Assembly (NCBI GenBank): GCA_947586855.1
Contig: CANPXV010000002.1
Coordinates: forward strand, 57,353 to 121,352
Direction of reading: 5' to 3'
Source: an uncultured Clostridia bacterium
GTDB taxonomy: Bacteria; Bacillota; Clostridia; Christensenellales; CAG-314
Length of the DNA stretch: 64,000 bases
A model generated the notes under the pieces. That model ran no database searches, was not told the origin of the DNA, and saw only the letters and a list, made by a program, of their open reading frames with translations. A program made the position numbers and the translations under genes. Shown here one piece after another: positions 46,097-56,541 of this stretch (position 1 is its first letter; the number at the start of each line of letters is the position of its first letter).

Positions 46097-48925
46097 CTAT
46101 TTGTAGGCGATCACCGTTTGGTAAGCCTGCAATTGCGTGTTGGCACTGAGTTGCGCGGTGCCCAGCGTGTCGAGATACAGCGTGTAGCCGCCAAAATCGG
46201 CCGTTACGCCGCCTTTGGGCCCGCTGTAAGCTATCTTCCAGGTTTTGCTGCCGACGCTTATCGTGACGACAATGCCGTCTGCTGCGTCAAGCTGCTCTAC
46301 CTTGTAGTTGGCGGTGACGTCCTCGTTGGAATCCAGACCGAACTCCTTGACGAACTTTTGCTTGAAGGCAATGAGCTTGACGTAGCTGTCAAACAGGTCC
46401 TTGTTGTCCGCTTTCAGCTCGTAGTTGAGCGAGTTCATCTGATAGCTGGATTTATAGCTGTTGTGTATTGCCTCGTCCGTTTGATCGTTTTCGTAGTCAG
46501 TGGCAAGATCGCCCTTGCTGCGCAAAAACTCCTCGCCCGCCAGCATAAAGGTTATGCCGTTGGAGGTGAACACCACCGAGTTGGCAAACAGCGCATGTTT
46601 TTTGGCGTCGGCGGCGGTTATCTTGCCCGTTGCCACCATGCGATCCTTCAACGTGTAGTTGTCGTGGCAGGTGACGTAGTTGACCGTCTTGAACAGGTCT
46701 TTGATGGAAGAGCCGGTGTAGCCCATCAGGCCATTGGTGATGTTGGAGTTGAGGGTGGAACCGGACGCCCAACCCAGCTCGGTTTTGCCCTTCATGCCGC
46801 CTGCGATGAGTGCGTCGCGCATCTGGTCGTTGAACTGCGCCACTCCCTCGAAGCTGTTGGCATTGGCCTGCGTTGCTTGCTCATCGGAAGAAAGCACCGT
46901 GGTGCCGCCCGTCCAAGGCTCGCCGTAGACGATGATGGAGGGGTTGACCTTTTTGAGTGCGGCGGCAAGTTGATTCATGGTGTCGATGTCGTGCAGTCCC
47001 ATCAGGTCAAAGCGGAAGCCGCCCAGCTTGTACTCCTTGGCCCAGAAGCAGACGGAATCTATCATAAACTTGCGGAACATGTAGCGATCGCTGGCCGTTT
47101 CGTTGCCGCAGCCGCTGCCGTTGGAAAGGCCGCCGGCCTCGTTGTAGCGGAAGTAGTAGCCGGGCATCAGCACGTCGAAATTGGAGCCGCCCGCAGCGCC
47201 CACGTGATTGTACACCACGTCCATGATGATGTTGATGCCCTTGCCGTTGAAGGCCTGCACCAACTGACGGAACTCCTTGATGCGGACATAGCCGTCGCTT
47301 GCATCAGACGAGTAGCTGCCCTCCAACACATTGTAGTTGAGGGGGTTGTAGCCCCAATTGAATGTGGGAGTGGCCTCGTCGTTGGCCTGGTCGAAGATGG
47401 GCACAAGCTGCACGGCGTTGACGCCCAGCTCCACAATGTGGTCGAAGCCCGTCTTGACGGTTGTGTTGTTCTTTGTGTAGGTGGTGCCGGACTGTATCAT
47501 ACCGAGGAACTTTTTGCGGTTGGCCTCGGTGCCGTTCCAGGTGGCAGAGGAGGTGACGTCGGCAACGTGCGTCTCCCAAACGGTAAGCTCGTTGGCGTGG
47601 TAGGACTTGGGCGAAACCTTGTCCCAATCGTCGGGGGTGGCCCTGCCCGAGGTAAAGTCCACTATCATGCCCCTTTCGCCGTTGAGGCCTGCGCTCTTGG
47701 CGTAGGGATCGACGATTTCCTTGCCGTCGGGATAGGACGAGTTGACAACGGTGTAGGTGTAGTACTGTCCGTCGAGGTTTTGGTTGACGGTGGCCGTCCA
47801 CACGCCCTTTTCGCCCTTGGTCATGGGCAGAGTTTGCGTGGCTGTGCCGCCTGTGCCTTCGTTGTAGAGTTTGAGAGTTATCGACGTGGATATGGGCGAC
47901 CACACCTTGAAGGTTGTGGAGGTTTTGCCCAATGTGACGCCGAGATCGTCACCTTCGTAGTTGAATTTTTCACCGAATTGCTCGGTATCGTATAGCGCCA
48001 TGATAGCAACGTTCATTGTTTGCGGCTCTCCCTCGACGAAATACGCCTTTACCGTGTACTCCTTGTTCAGGTCGGCTTCGTTTTCCATCTCGTAGCCGAC
48101 GTGGTCGGTCTTGTCCACTTCGCCCTCGTTGAGCAGCGTGTCGCCCTCGTAGACGGCAACCTTGTTTACGGCGTCGGAGAACTTCATTTCTATGTGGTTG
48201 ATTGCGTCGAATGATACTGTATTGTTAAATTGCACTTCGTCCGCCGAGGCGTGGAAGTTGACGTCGCCCTCGACAATGTAGACGTGATAGCAATTGTCAT
48301 TTTCGTTGAAAGTGTAGTCGGACGGGGTGATGAGACGGTCGGCGTCCACATCCTTGATCCAATCGGCTTGCGCACGGGGAATGATACCTATGACGCCGTC
48401 CTTGCCGCCGTACTTGGAGATATCGATGAGCGTGACCCCGCCGAAGTCGTCCTGATATTGAATATTTATAAGTCCGTCGTTACCATTGGTGACCTTGTCC
48501 CACACCCAAAATCCCCAGCTTGTCAGCGTGGTGACATCGTTGCGGTGATAGTGAATGGCCAGATGCGGGGTTGTAACTGCGGGCACTGCCGGCAAAACAG
48601 GTTCGGTTATCGGGTTGTAGGGGTGCACCTCGAAACCATTTTGCCTGGTGAAAAATTCTCTGCCGCACACGGTGCATTTGTCGTTTACCAATGTGTGACG
48701 GGCATAGCCGGAGGTGTAGTCCTTGTGCTCGCACAGCGCCTCGTGCCAATGCGCATTTTCGTCGCTGGTCCACTCTTCGCTGTATGTGTGCTTGTGCGGA
48801 ACGATAGTTGTGTCGGAGTCGTCGTCGGTTTTGGGCGGCTCTTCGGGGGTGTTGCAGGCTGTCAGAACAACCGACAATGCCAATATCAGGCACAAAAGCA
48901 CCGCAATAAAACGCTTTTTTGTCAT
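46097..48925 (-). CDS. pulA: type I pullulanase (GH13), lipoprotein, second paralogue
   Basis: lipobox LTAC; FNWGYNP, DVVYNH, GFRFDLMG, GEPW, YVTCHD. Confidence 0.9.
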   Translation of the reverse strand: MTKKRFIAVLLCLILALSVVLTACNTPEEPPKTDDDSDTTIVPHKHTYSEEWTSDENAHWHEALCEHKDYTSGYARHTLVNDKCTVCGREFFTRQNGFEVHPYNPITEPVLPAVPAVTTPHLAIHYHRNDVTTLTSWGFWVWDKVTNGNDGLINIQYQDDFGGVTLIDISKYGGKDGVIGIIPRAQADWIKDVDADRLITPSDYTFNENDNCYHVYIVEGDVNFHASADEVQFNNTVSFDAINHIEMKFSDAVNKVAVYEGDTLLNEGEVDKTDHVGYEMENEADLNKEYTVKAYFVEGEPQTMNVAIMALYDTEQFGEKFNYEGDDLGVTLGKTSTTFKVWSPISTSITLKLYNEGTGGTATQTLPMTKGEKGVWTATVNQNLDGQYYTYTVVNSSYPDGKEIVDPYAKSAGLNGERGMIVDFTSGRATPDDWDKVSPKSYHANELTVWETHVADVTSSATWNGTEANRKKFLGMIQSGTTYTKNNTTVKTGFDHIVELGVNAVQLVPIFDQANDEATPTFNWGYNPLNYNVLEGSYSSDASDGYVRIKEFRQLVQAFNGKGINIIMDVVYNHVGAAGGSNFDVLMPGYYFRYNEAGGLSNGSGCGNETASDRYMFRKFMIDSVCFWAKEYKLGGFRFDLMGLHDIDTMNQLAAALKKVNPSIIVYGEPWTGGTTVLSSDEQATQANANSFEGVAQFNDQMRDALIAGGMKGKTELGWASGSTLNSNITNGLMGYTGSSIKDLFKTVNYVTCHDNYTLKDRMVATGKITAADAKKHALFANSVVFTSNGITFMLAGEEFLRSKGDLATDYENDQTDEAIHNSYKSSYQMNSLNYELKADNKDLFDSYVKLIAFKQKFVKEFGLDSNEDVTANYKVEQLDAADGIVVTISVGSKTWKIAYSGPKGGVTADFGGYTLYLDTLGTAQLSANTQLQAYQTVIAYK

Positions 48926-48969
48926 ATATAACCTCAAATTTTGATAAATAGCTAAGTTGTTTTTTGCCG

Positions 48970-49003
48970 CATACAGTCACCGAAGGATTTCGGTGACTGT
49001 ATG
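48970..49003. other. 15-bp perfect intergenic stem-loop
   Basis: CATACAGTCACCGAA-GGAT-TTCGGTGACTGTATG; no U-run in the operon direction. Confidence 0.7.
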
Positions 49004-49024
49004 TGCAGAGTTTGTTTGGGATTT

Positions 49025-50920
49025 TTAGGCCAGACGGATGCCGCGAGCGACCTCGTGGATCTCCAACGAGCCAACGTCCAAAGACAGGCAAACGTTGTCG
49101 CCCACTTCGCCATCCACAAGCACGTTGACCTTTTGCTCGCCAACGGGGCAGGTGACAAATTGTTCCTTGCCATAGTTGCTGCGGAATTCTACCGTGGTGG
49201 CAATGCCTTGCTCGGCCACGTGCACGTCGTAGGGAGTAAAGCGGAACTCCAACTCCTTGCCGAAAATGTGCTGTCCGCCGCCGTTTACCAGGCGCATTGC
49301 CAGCTCTCTGGGGCAATCGAAGGAGGCGCCGCCCACATCGAAGGTGAAGGCCAATTCCGTAGTGTTTTTGACCTTGCCATTTTCTTCGACGACAGCTGCC
49401 ACTTTGTGCTTGGAAATTGTGCCTTTGAGCGTGTTGACGCAGTTGAGCGGTTGCACCACCACCTCGCCATTGCGCTCCAAGCGCACTTGTTTGAGGTCGA
49501 TGCCCAGCTTGACGGTCTTGTCCAGCTGCACATCCTTGCCCACGATGCTGAACAACACGGTGTCGCCCGCCAACAGGTGCACAAGGCGTTGGCCGTTGAC
49601 GTCCTCTTCTTCCAGGAACTGTGCGGAGATGTCGCCGTCCAGACTGACCGCCGAGGTGGGTATGTACAGACGATACTCGCCGTCCTCGGGACGAATGGAC
49701 TGCGGCAGAGAAATCTGCGCATTGAGGGCCGTCAAAGTGCTGCCGCTGACGGTGGCGTCGGTGACGACTTCCTGCGGGATACGAGGAGCAATGGTCTGCT
49801 CCGTCTCGGAGTCGAAGAAATGCAATTGACTGAGGTCCAACGAGACCGTTATCACGCTGTCCACGCCATAGGTGCTGCCTGCGGGCGCCTTGATGATGAC
49901 CCTTGTGGGGCTTTCACCGACGACGTCGTCGCTTTCCAGATTGAAGTCGGCATATACCTGGCAGTCGGTGCCCAACTCTTCGACGTGGGACACACGGCAC
50001 TTGGCACGATAGGGATACTTGTCGGGGTCGGTGGAGATGTGCTCGGCACGGATACCGACGGTGACGCTCTTGCTGCCGTCCAGATAGGAGCGGTCGGCCT
50101 TGTGGAAGTACTCGATGGGGGCGTCAAGGCTTATTTCTGTGTTGTCCAGCGCAACGGTGACTTTTTTGCCGTGTTGCGTAAGCGTGCCCTCAAAGAAATT
50201 CATCTGCGGCGTGCCGATGAAGCCTGCCACAAATTTGTTGCCGGGGAAGCGGTACAAATTGCGGGGAGTGTCGATCTGCTGAATGTAGCCGTCCTTCATT
50301 ACCACGATGCGGGTGCCCATTGTCATGGCCTCTACCTGGTCATGGGTGACGTAGATAAAGGTGGTTTGCAGCTTGTGGTGCAGCTTGGAAATCTCCGAGC
50401 GCATGGCCGTGCGCAGCTTGGCGTCCAGGTTGGACAGCGGCTCGTCCAGCAGCATGACCTTTGGGTTACGAACAATGGCTCTGCCCAGCGCAACACGTTG
50501 ACGTTGGCCGCCCGACATTGCCTTTGGCTTGCGGTCCAGATATTCGGTGATACCCAGAATACGTGCGGCTTCTCTTACTTTTTGGTCGATTTCCTCTTTG
50601 GGAAGATGTCTGAGGCGCAGACCGAATGCCATGTTTTCGTAGACCGACATGTGGGGGTACAGGGCGTAGTTCTGGAACACCATTGCTATGTCCCTGTCCT
50701 TGGGCTCAACATCGTTGACCACCATATCGCCAATGCGCAGCTCGCCTGCGGTGATGTCCTCCAAGCCGGCGATCATGCGCAATGTTGTGGATTTGCCGCA
50801 GCCGGAGGGACCTACAAACACGATGAATTCTTTGTCCTCTATGTCCATGCAAAAGTCATTTACCGCTTTTACCCCGTTGGGATACACCTTGTAAATGTGA
50901 TTGAGTTGTAGATTTGCCAT
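49025..50920 (-). CDS. sugar ABC transporter ATPase (MsmX/UgpC-like) with extended C-terminus
   Basis: GPSGCGKST, FQNYALYPH, SGGQRQR, DEPLSNLDAKLR; 631 aa. Confidence 0.9.
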   Translation of the reverse strand: MANLQLNHIYKVYPNGVKAVNDFCMDIEDKEFIVFVGPSGCGKSTTLRMIAGLEDITAGELRIGDMVVNDVEPKDRDIAMVFQNYALYPHMSVYENMAFGLRLRHLPKEEIDQKVREAARILGITEYLDRKPKAMSGGQRQRVALGRAIVRNPKVMLLDEPLSNLDAKLRTAMRSEISKLHHKLQTTFIYVTHDQVEAMTMGTRIVVMKDGYIQQIDTPRNLYRFPGNKFVAGFIGTPQMNFFEGTLTQHGKKVTVALDNTEISLDAPIEYFHKADRSYLDGSKSVTVGIRAEHISTDPDKYPYRAKCRVSHVEELGTDCQVYADFNLESDDVVGESPTRVIIKAPAGSTYGVDSVITVSLDLSQLHFFDSETEQTIAPRIPQEVVTDATVSGSTLTALNAQISLPQSIRPEDGEYRLYIPTSAVSLDGDISAQFLEEEDVNGQRLVHLLAGDTVLFSIVGKDVQLDKTVKLGIDLKQVRLERNGEVVVQPLNCVNTLKGTISKHKVAAVVEENGKVKNTTELAFTFDVGGASFDCPRELAMRLVNGGGQHIFGKELEFRFTPYDVHVAEQGIATTVEFRSNYGKEQFVTCPVGEQKVNVLVDGEVGDNVCLSLDVGSLEIHEVARGIRLA

Positions 50921-50960
50921 AATTTCCTCCAAAAGAATAGTTCTTTATTTTGTGATATTT

Positions 50961-52604
50961 TTAGCGGATAACCGCAATGGAAAACTGCGGAAGGGTCAAT
51001 TTGCCGTTTTTGTAAGTTACATCTCTGTCGTTGTTTGAGGACAAAAATCCCGCAAACGTGCCGCTTAGCCCGTTGCTTTCGACTATGTCGCCGATGTTGA
51101 GGCTGTGCTCGGCCTGAGGATCGAAGTTGTACACAAGCAGTATGCTCTTGCTGCCGGCGGTGCGCTTGATGATGACCACCTTGTCATCGCCGCTGTCGAT
51201 AAACTGCGATGTGCCCTGGGCGATCTCGGGGTTTTGCCTGCGCAGCAACATCACCCTGCGGTAGAAGTTGAGCAAGCTGTTCTGGTCGTCCTTTTGCTCG
51301 GCCACGCCACCCAACACGTCATCCCATACGCCGTAGACGGTGGCGCTGCCATAGGCCATCCAAGCCATGCCGTCCTCGTGCGATTGGGCGGTGTCGCTGC
51401 CCCAATTCATCGCCGTGCGGTAGGTGTGATCGACGTAGTCGGAGCTGGTGCTGTTGCGCAGACCGTTGCGCATGCCGATCTCGTTGCCGTAGTAGTTGAA
51501 CACGTTGCCGGATTGAGTGTACAGCAGGGCGATTGCCATGCGGTGCTGGCTCATCAGGGCGTCGGTAACTTCCTCATAGCGGGCGCTGTAATATGCAACG
51601 CAATTTGCAAAACGAGACGTATCGTGATTGCTGGCAAACAGTGCGTCGATACCCTTGGCGGTTCCCTCCTCCTTGGAGGAGATAACATCGGGCAACCTTT
51701 CGGCGATGGAGTCGGGATTGTTGAGCAGCGTCATCAGTGCGTTGTAGCCGGGTGCGGCGCTCCACTCAAAGTTGAAGAAACTTTGCACGGAGTCTTCCGC
51801 ATAGTGGCGATACACCGTTGTGTCGTGCATCCACACCTCGCCCACCATGTACACGTCGGGGCAATACTTGCGAGCGGCAGACATCAGCCATTGCATAAAC
51901 TGGACGTTCTTTTCCTCGTTGCTGTAAAAGTGGTAGGCTGCATCCAAACGCAGCGCCTTGACGCCGTGATCGGCTATCCAGAATTTGAGGGTATTGTCCA
52001 GCTCGGTGCGCACCTCGGGGTTGTCGAGGTTTAGCTTGGGCATGGACGTTGCGCCGGTAAAATGCGCATAGCTGTTGGGGTCGTTGTTGTTAAACTTGTA
52101 GTAGCTTACATACTTGTTGGAGGTGTCACCGTTGCGCAGCGCTTCCTGAGCGGCCCTGAACCAGGGGTGCCTGTCCGAGCTGTGGTTGAAAACAGTGTCC
52201 AACATCACGGTGATGCCCCTTTGATTGCAAGCCTCCACAAGGTCGTCAAAGTCGTCCAACGTGCCGTAGCGTTCGTCTATGCCGCAGTAGTCCTCCACAT
52301 CGTAGTTGTGGTTGGATTGCGACGACGGATATATCGGCGACAGCCAGATGCCGTTGAAGTTGAGGTCGGCAATGTAGTCCAGCTTGCTTTCGATGCCTTT
52401 CAGGTCGCCAATGCCGTCGCCGTCGCTATCCGCAAAACCGTACACAAATATGTGATAATAGTCTCGGTACAGCGGGTCCACGTCGGTGGCGACGGGGTTG
52501 GCCTCCCAATCCTTGATCTCGCCCTGGCTCTGGCCGCAGCCCGCAAAGGCCGACAGCGCAAGCGCAAGACAGAGTATCAATGCAAAAACGGAAAATCTTT
52601 TCAT
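50961..52604 (-). CDS. alpha-amylase family GH13 lipoprotein
   Basis: lipobox FAGC; DSDGDGIGD, DTVFNH, LRLDA, GEVW, NHD. Confidence 0.88.
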   Translation of the reverse strand: MKRFSVFALILCLALALSAFAGCGQSQGEIKDWEANPVATDVDPLYRDYYHIFVYGFADSDGDGIGDLKGIESKLDYIADLNFNGIWLSPIYPSSQSNHNYDVEDYCGIDERYGTLDDFDDLVEACNQRGITVMLDTVFNHSSDRHPWFRAAQEALRNGDTSNKYVSYYKFNNNDPNSYAHFTGATSMPKLNLDNPEVRTELDNTLKFWIADHGVKALRLDAAYHFYSNEEKNVQFMQWLMSAARKYCPDVYMVGEVWMHDTTVYRHYAEDSVQSFFNFEWSAAPGYNALMTLLNNPDSIAERLPDVISSKEEGTAKGIDALFASNHDTSRFANCVAYYSARYEEVTDALMSQHRMAIALLYTQSGNVFNYYGNEIGMRNGLRNSTSSDYVDHTYRTAMNWGSDTAQSHEDGMAWMAYGSATVYGVWDDVLGGVAEQKDDQNSLLNFYRRVMLLRRQNPEIAQGTSQFIDSGDDKVVIIKRTAGSKSILLVYNFDPQAEHSLNIGDIVESNGLSGTFAGFLSSNNDRDVTYKNGKLTLPQFSIAVIR

Positions 52605-53656
52605 TATCCCTTCACCGAGCCTCCCGTGACGCCTTCAACGTAGTACTTTTGAAGGAACATAAACAGCAGGGTGATGGGTACAGCCACCATGGTGGCACCT
52701 GCGCAGAACAGCGTCCAGTGGGTCATATACTGCTCTCTTTCCAGCATCTGTTGCAGACCCAGCGCCACCGTGCCATAGTCGAAGTCGCCCCTGACTATCA
52801 GTTTGACGAAAATGAAGTCCATCCACGGGCCCATAAAGGCCGTCAGCGCCGTATAAACGATTATCGGTTTGGATAGCGGCAGGGTTATCTTGAAGAAGAT
52901 CTGCGCCTGCGACGCACCGTCCAGCTTGGCCGATTCGTCCAACGCCTTGGGGATAGTGTCGAAGAAGCCCTTGGACACATAGTAGCCCATACCTGCGCTG
53001 CCGCTGTACACCAACACAAGCGCAACGTCTTTCAGTATACCCTCGTTGAGGCCCAGCGACGCCAGGATGTTGTACACGGCGATCATACCAAGGAACCCGG
53101 GGAACATGCCCAGCACCAAAATCAACTTCATGTAGGGCTGGCGCAGCTTAAAGCGCATGCGAGAGAACGCATAGCTCGTCATCAGCGTAAACAGCGTGGA
53201 TATCACGCAGCTGAAACAAGCAATCACAAACGTGTTGAGGAACCACCTGGGGAAGTTTATCCAGTCGAAGCGGTTGTCCTGATACATTTCCGGATTGCCG
53301 CCCAACAATTTGGACCAAGCGTCCAAAGTCCACTCGGTGGGCAAAATTTTGTCGGGGAAGGGCACACCGTAGTCGTTTGCGCGGAAGGAGTGCAGCACCA
53401 CGTACACAAAAGGTATGATCCATATTATGGACATGATGGTCAGCACGATGTGTATTATCGTCAGCACGGTGATACGTTTTGCCTTCATGCTGCGATATTT
53501 TTTCTTTTTTCCTGTGCCCAAGGCCGCCTCGTAGGCTTTTTCCTTGTTGCGCACAAGCAGCCAGCCCACCAGGCCAAGCTGCACCATGATGACCAGCGCC
53601 AAAACTATCGTAAGGACGGTCACGCCCACTTTGCTTATTGCTAACAATGCCATCAT
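52604..53656 (-). CDS. maltodextrin ABC permease (MalG-like)
   Basis: EAA loop LDESAKLDGAS; TM helices. Confidence 0.88.
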   Translation of the reverse strand: MMALLAISKVGVTVLTIVLALVIMVQLGLVGWLLVRNKEKAYEAALGTGKKKKYRSMKAKRITVLTIIHIVLTIMSIIWIIPFVYVVLHSFRANDYGVPFPDKILPTEWTLDAWSKLLGGNPEMYQDNRFDWINFPRWFLNTFVIACFSCVISTLFTLMTSYAFSRMRFKLRQPYMKLILVLGMFPGFLGMIAVYNILASLGLNEGILKDVALVLVYSGSAGMGYYVSKGFFDTIPKALDESAKLDGASQAQIFFKITLPLSKPIIVYTALTAFMGPWMDFIFVKLIVRGDFDYGTVALGLQQMLEREQYMTHWTLFCAGATMVAVPITLLFMFLQKYYVEGVTGGSVKG

Positions 53657-55146
53657 TGGAAGTCCTCCTCGTTTTTGACTGCCGACGTTCTGCCGTAAAC
53701 GATCAGGCTGAACACAGCGCAGACGATGAACACCAATATACCGATAACGGAGCCCGTCTTGTAGTCGGGTTGGGTGCCGTTGACGGTGATGTCATACAGC
53801 CAGGTGATAAGCAGGTCCGTCTTGCCCGCCGGGGTCATAAGGTCGCCCGAGGTGGGGCCGCCGCCCGTCAGCAGGAAGATGACATTGAAATTGTTGATGT
53901 TGCCGATAAACTGCGTCAAAAGGTGCGGGCCCGTCACAAACAGCATGTAGGGCAGCGTGATCTTGAAGAAAGTTTTCACGGGGCCTGCGCCGTCGATACG
54001 CGCCGACTCGTACAGCTCCTCCGGGATATTCATCAGGATACCGCTGGTTATCAACATCGAGTAGGGCACGCCTATCCACATGTTGATGATAACCACCATT
54101 GCCCTTGCCAGGTGCGTCCGCCCAAACCATTGGATATTTTCGTCTATCCAGCCCAGGTTGCGCAAAATTTGGTTCACAAGGCCGTTTTGCGTGTCGAAAA
54201 ATTTGCTGACTATCAGCAGGCTGACAAATTGCGGCACCGCTATCGTCACCACAAAAAACGTGCGGAACACTTTTTTGCAGCGGACGCCCTTTGTGTTGAT
54301 GAGGATAGCCAGCACCATGCCGCCAATATATGTAGTCACCGTGCTGAGCACAGCCCACAACAGCGTCCAGCCCAACAGCTTGAAGAACGTTTGCCCCATG
54401 CTGGTGGCGCCGTTAAAGTTAAACAAGTCCACAAAGTTCTGGAAGCCCACCCAGGTAAACAACTGTCCCGGGGGCAGATGTTTGTAGTCGTAGCTGGTAA
54501 AGGCTATCAGGATCATGAAGATCAAGGGTATCACGGTGAAAACCGCAATGCCCAGTGTGGGCAATGCCAACACTGTGGTGTGGAAGTTTTTGTTCAGCAT
54601 GTTCTTGACGTCCTCTTTGGTGCCGTCGATGGGCATGCCGAACTCGGTCCTCTCCTGATTGGCAAATGCGTTGCGCAGCTGCTTGAAGTACAGCACCACA
54701 AATATCAGGATAAACAATATGGTCACAACGCCAAACAGCAAAATTTGCAGCGAGTTGTCGCCGTCTGTTGTGCCTATCTGCAAGCCTGCGTCGTTGTAGA
54801 TGGGTCCTTGCACCACCGATCCCAAACTGCCGAATTTGCCCAGATACGGGGGGCCCTCGAAAATCATAAACAGGATAAACCCTATTTCAAACACCAGATA
54901 AAGCACGCCTCTCAGCCATTGGCCGTACATCAGGCAACCAAAACCCATCACAACAAAGGATGTGCGGGTCTTCCAATTGCCTTCTTTTGCGATTTGCCAA
55001 ATGCCCTTTGCCCAATTGGCAATGCCCAGACCCAACCTCTTGAAGAAGTTTACAAACCTCCTTGGGAAGGCCCTGAACCAAGCGCCTATGGACAGAAAGA
55101 ACGCCACAAAAGCATTTGGCTTTTTTATCGAAGTGGCTTCTGCCAT
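53653..55146 (-). CDS. maltodextrin ABC permease (MalF/MalC-like)
   Basis: LYESARIDGA, NINNFNVIFLLTGGGP. Confidence 0.88.
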   Translation of the reverse strand: MAEATSIKKPNAFVAFFLSIGAWFRAFPRRFVNFFKRLGLGIANWAKGIWQIAKEGNWKTRTSFVVMGFGCLMYGQWLRGVLYLVFEIGFILFMIFEGPPYLGKFGSLGSVVQGPIYNDAGLQIGTTDGDNSLQILLFGVVTILFILIFVVLYFKQLRNAFANQERTEFGMPIDGTKEDVKNMLNKNFHTTVLALPTLGIAVFTVIPLIFMILIAFTSYDYKHLPPGQLFTWVGFQNFVDLFNFNGATSMGQTFFKLLGWTLLWAVLSTVTTYIGGMVLAILINTKGVRCKKVFRTFFVVTIAVPQFVSLLIVSKFFDTQNGLVNQILRNLGWIDENIQWFGRTHLARAMVVIINMWIGVPYSMLITSGILMNIPEELYESARIDGAGPVKTFFKITLPYMLFVTGPHLLTQFIGNINNFNVIFLLTGGGPTSGDLMTPAGKTDLLITWLYDITVNGTQPDYKTGSVIGILVFIVCAVFSLIVYGRTSAVKNEEDFQ

Positions 55147-55168
55147 AAATTTTCCTCCTAAACAAAAA

Positions 55169-55201
55169 ACATCGAAGGAGGAAGATCTCCTCCTCCGATG
55201 T
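55169..55201 (-). terminator. stem-loop/terminator after the binding-protein gene
   Basis: ACATCGGAGGAGGAG-ATCT-TCCTCCTTCGATGT then T5 on the - strand. Confidence 0.65.
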
Positions 55202-55221
55202 CATGGTTATTATATTTGACC

Positions 55222-56478
55222 TTATTTTGCTGTTTCCAATTTGAGGTCTGTGATGTAGGTTGCGAGGACCGTTCCGATTTGAGCGTCAATTATTTCGTGT
55301 GTGGTCTTGTCACCGACAAAGGCTTCGTTGGAGTAATTCAGCTTGTCAAACGCTGCGCTTGCCGCATCCCAGAATCCGCCGGGAAGGTTGATTTGGGGAA
55401 CGGACCACTGAGACTGTTCCGCAAGAGCTACCAATGTGGGCAGAGCCTTGACTTGGTCATTGGCTGCTGCAACCTTGTTGCTGGGGCCGGCATTGAGTTG
55501 GATTGCCTTGTCAACCTGTACTTCCTCATCGGTGAGGTAGTTGGCAAGAGCGTGAGAAGCTTCGAGATACTTACCCTTGGAAGAAACACCCATCAGCTTG
55601 CTGCCGAGGAAGGTGTACATTTGCTTGCCGCCGAGAGTGGGCAGTTTGGTCATCTTGATATGGGTGTTCGTAGCAAGGTCTGCGGTATAGGCAAAGCCGC
55701 CTGCAACCATTGCACCGATCGTGCCCTTGTTCAATCCGCCCACGCCACCGTCTTTGATGGGATCACCGACATTGAGTTGGTCACCGGGGAACAAACTGCG
55801 GAACTTGACAGCAGCCTTCATAGCGTTGAGGCCGATTTCACCACGCACGTTGGTCTCGGACGTGGTAAACGTGCCGCCATACATAAAGAACCAGCTTGCA
55901 TTGTACCAACCGTTGGAGAAGTCGAAGTGAACCTTCGTGTTCTTCTTGGCGATGTTCTCCCAGCTTGTAACGTCGCTGGCAGAGAGCACTGTGTCATTGT
56001 AGAACAGGAAGTAGCCGTTATCTGCTTGTACGGGATAGCCGTAGAGCGTGTCACCGATAGAACCGGCAGTGATTGTGCCTTCGGAGTTTCTGTCGATGAT
56101 GGCTTTGGCAGCTGTGCTGTCCTTTTTGCCGATAGCTGCGATTGCACCGGCTGTTACCATTTTGTCAAGTTGGTCGTCAGCAAACAGAAATACGTCTGCT
56201 GCGTCATCGGGGGCTTGCACTACCGTTGTGCCTGCGTCAGCCTCGGACATGATACCGACCTTGACTTTGAAAGTGCGGCCATCGCTGTCTTTGTAGTCTG
56301 CGGCCCACTTGTCTGCCCATGTTTTGTAGAAAGTTTGCGCCTCAGAGGGTGCCCACAGCAACAATTCGATGGCGTTTTTGCTGCCACCGCCGCCGCCATT
56401 GCAGGCTGCCAGGACGCCGATAGAAAGCACCATCACGGCCGCCAACAACAAAGCTACTATGATTTTAGATTTTTTCAT
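55222..56478 (-). CDS. maltose/maltodextrin-binding lipoprotein (MalE-like)
   Basis: lipobox LAAC; AADVFLFADDQL, YGYP, FLFYN. Confidence 0.85.
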   Translation of the reverse strand: MKKSKIIVALLLAAVMVLSIGVLAACNGGGGGSKNAIELLLWAPSEAQTFYKTWADKWAADYKDSDGRTFKVKVGIMSEADAGTTVVQAPDDAADVFLFADDQLDKMVTAGAIAAIGKKDSTAAKAIIDRNSEGTITAGSIGDTLYGYPVQADNGYFLFYNDTVLSASDVTSWENIAKKNTKVHFDFSNGWYNASWFFMYGGTFTTSETNVRGEIGLNAMKAAVKFRSLFPGDQLNVGDPIKDGGVGGLNKGTIGAMVAGGFAYTADLATNTHIKMTKLPTLGGKQMYTFLGSKLMGVSSKGKYLEASHALANYLTDEEVQVDKAIQLNAGPSNKVAAANDQVKALPTLVALAEQSQWSVPQINLPGGFWDAASAAFDKLNYSNEAFVGDKTTHEIIDAQIGTVLATYITDLKLETAK

Positions 56479-56541
56479 TGTATTTCTCCTTAAAAATTAT
56501 TTGTCGCAATCAAATTGCAAATTGTTGTTTGACGCTGCGTT

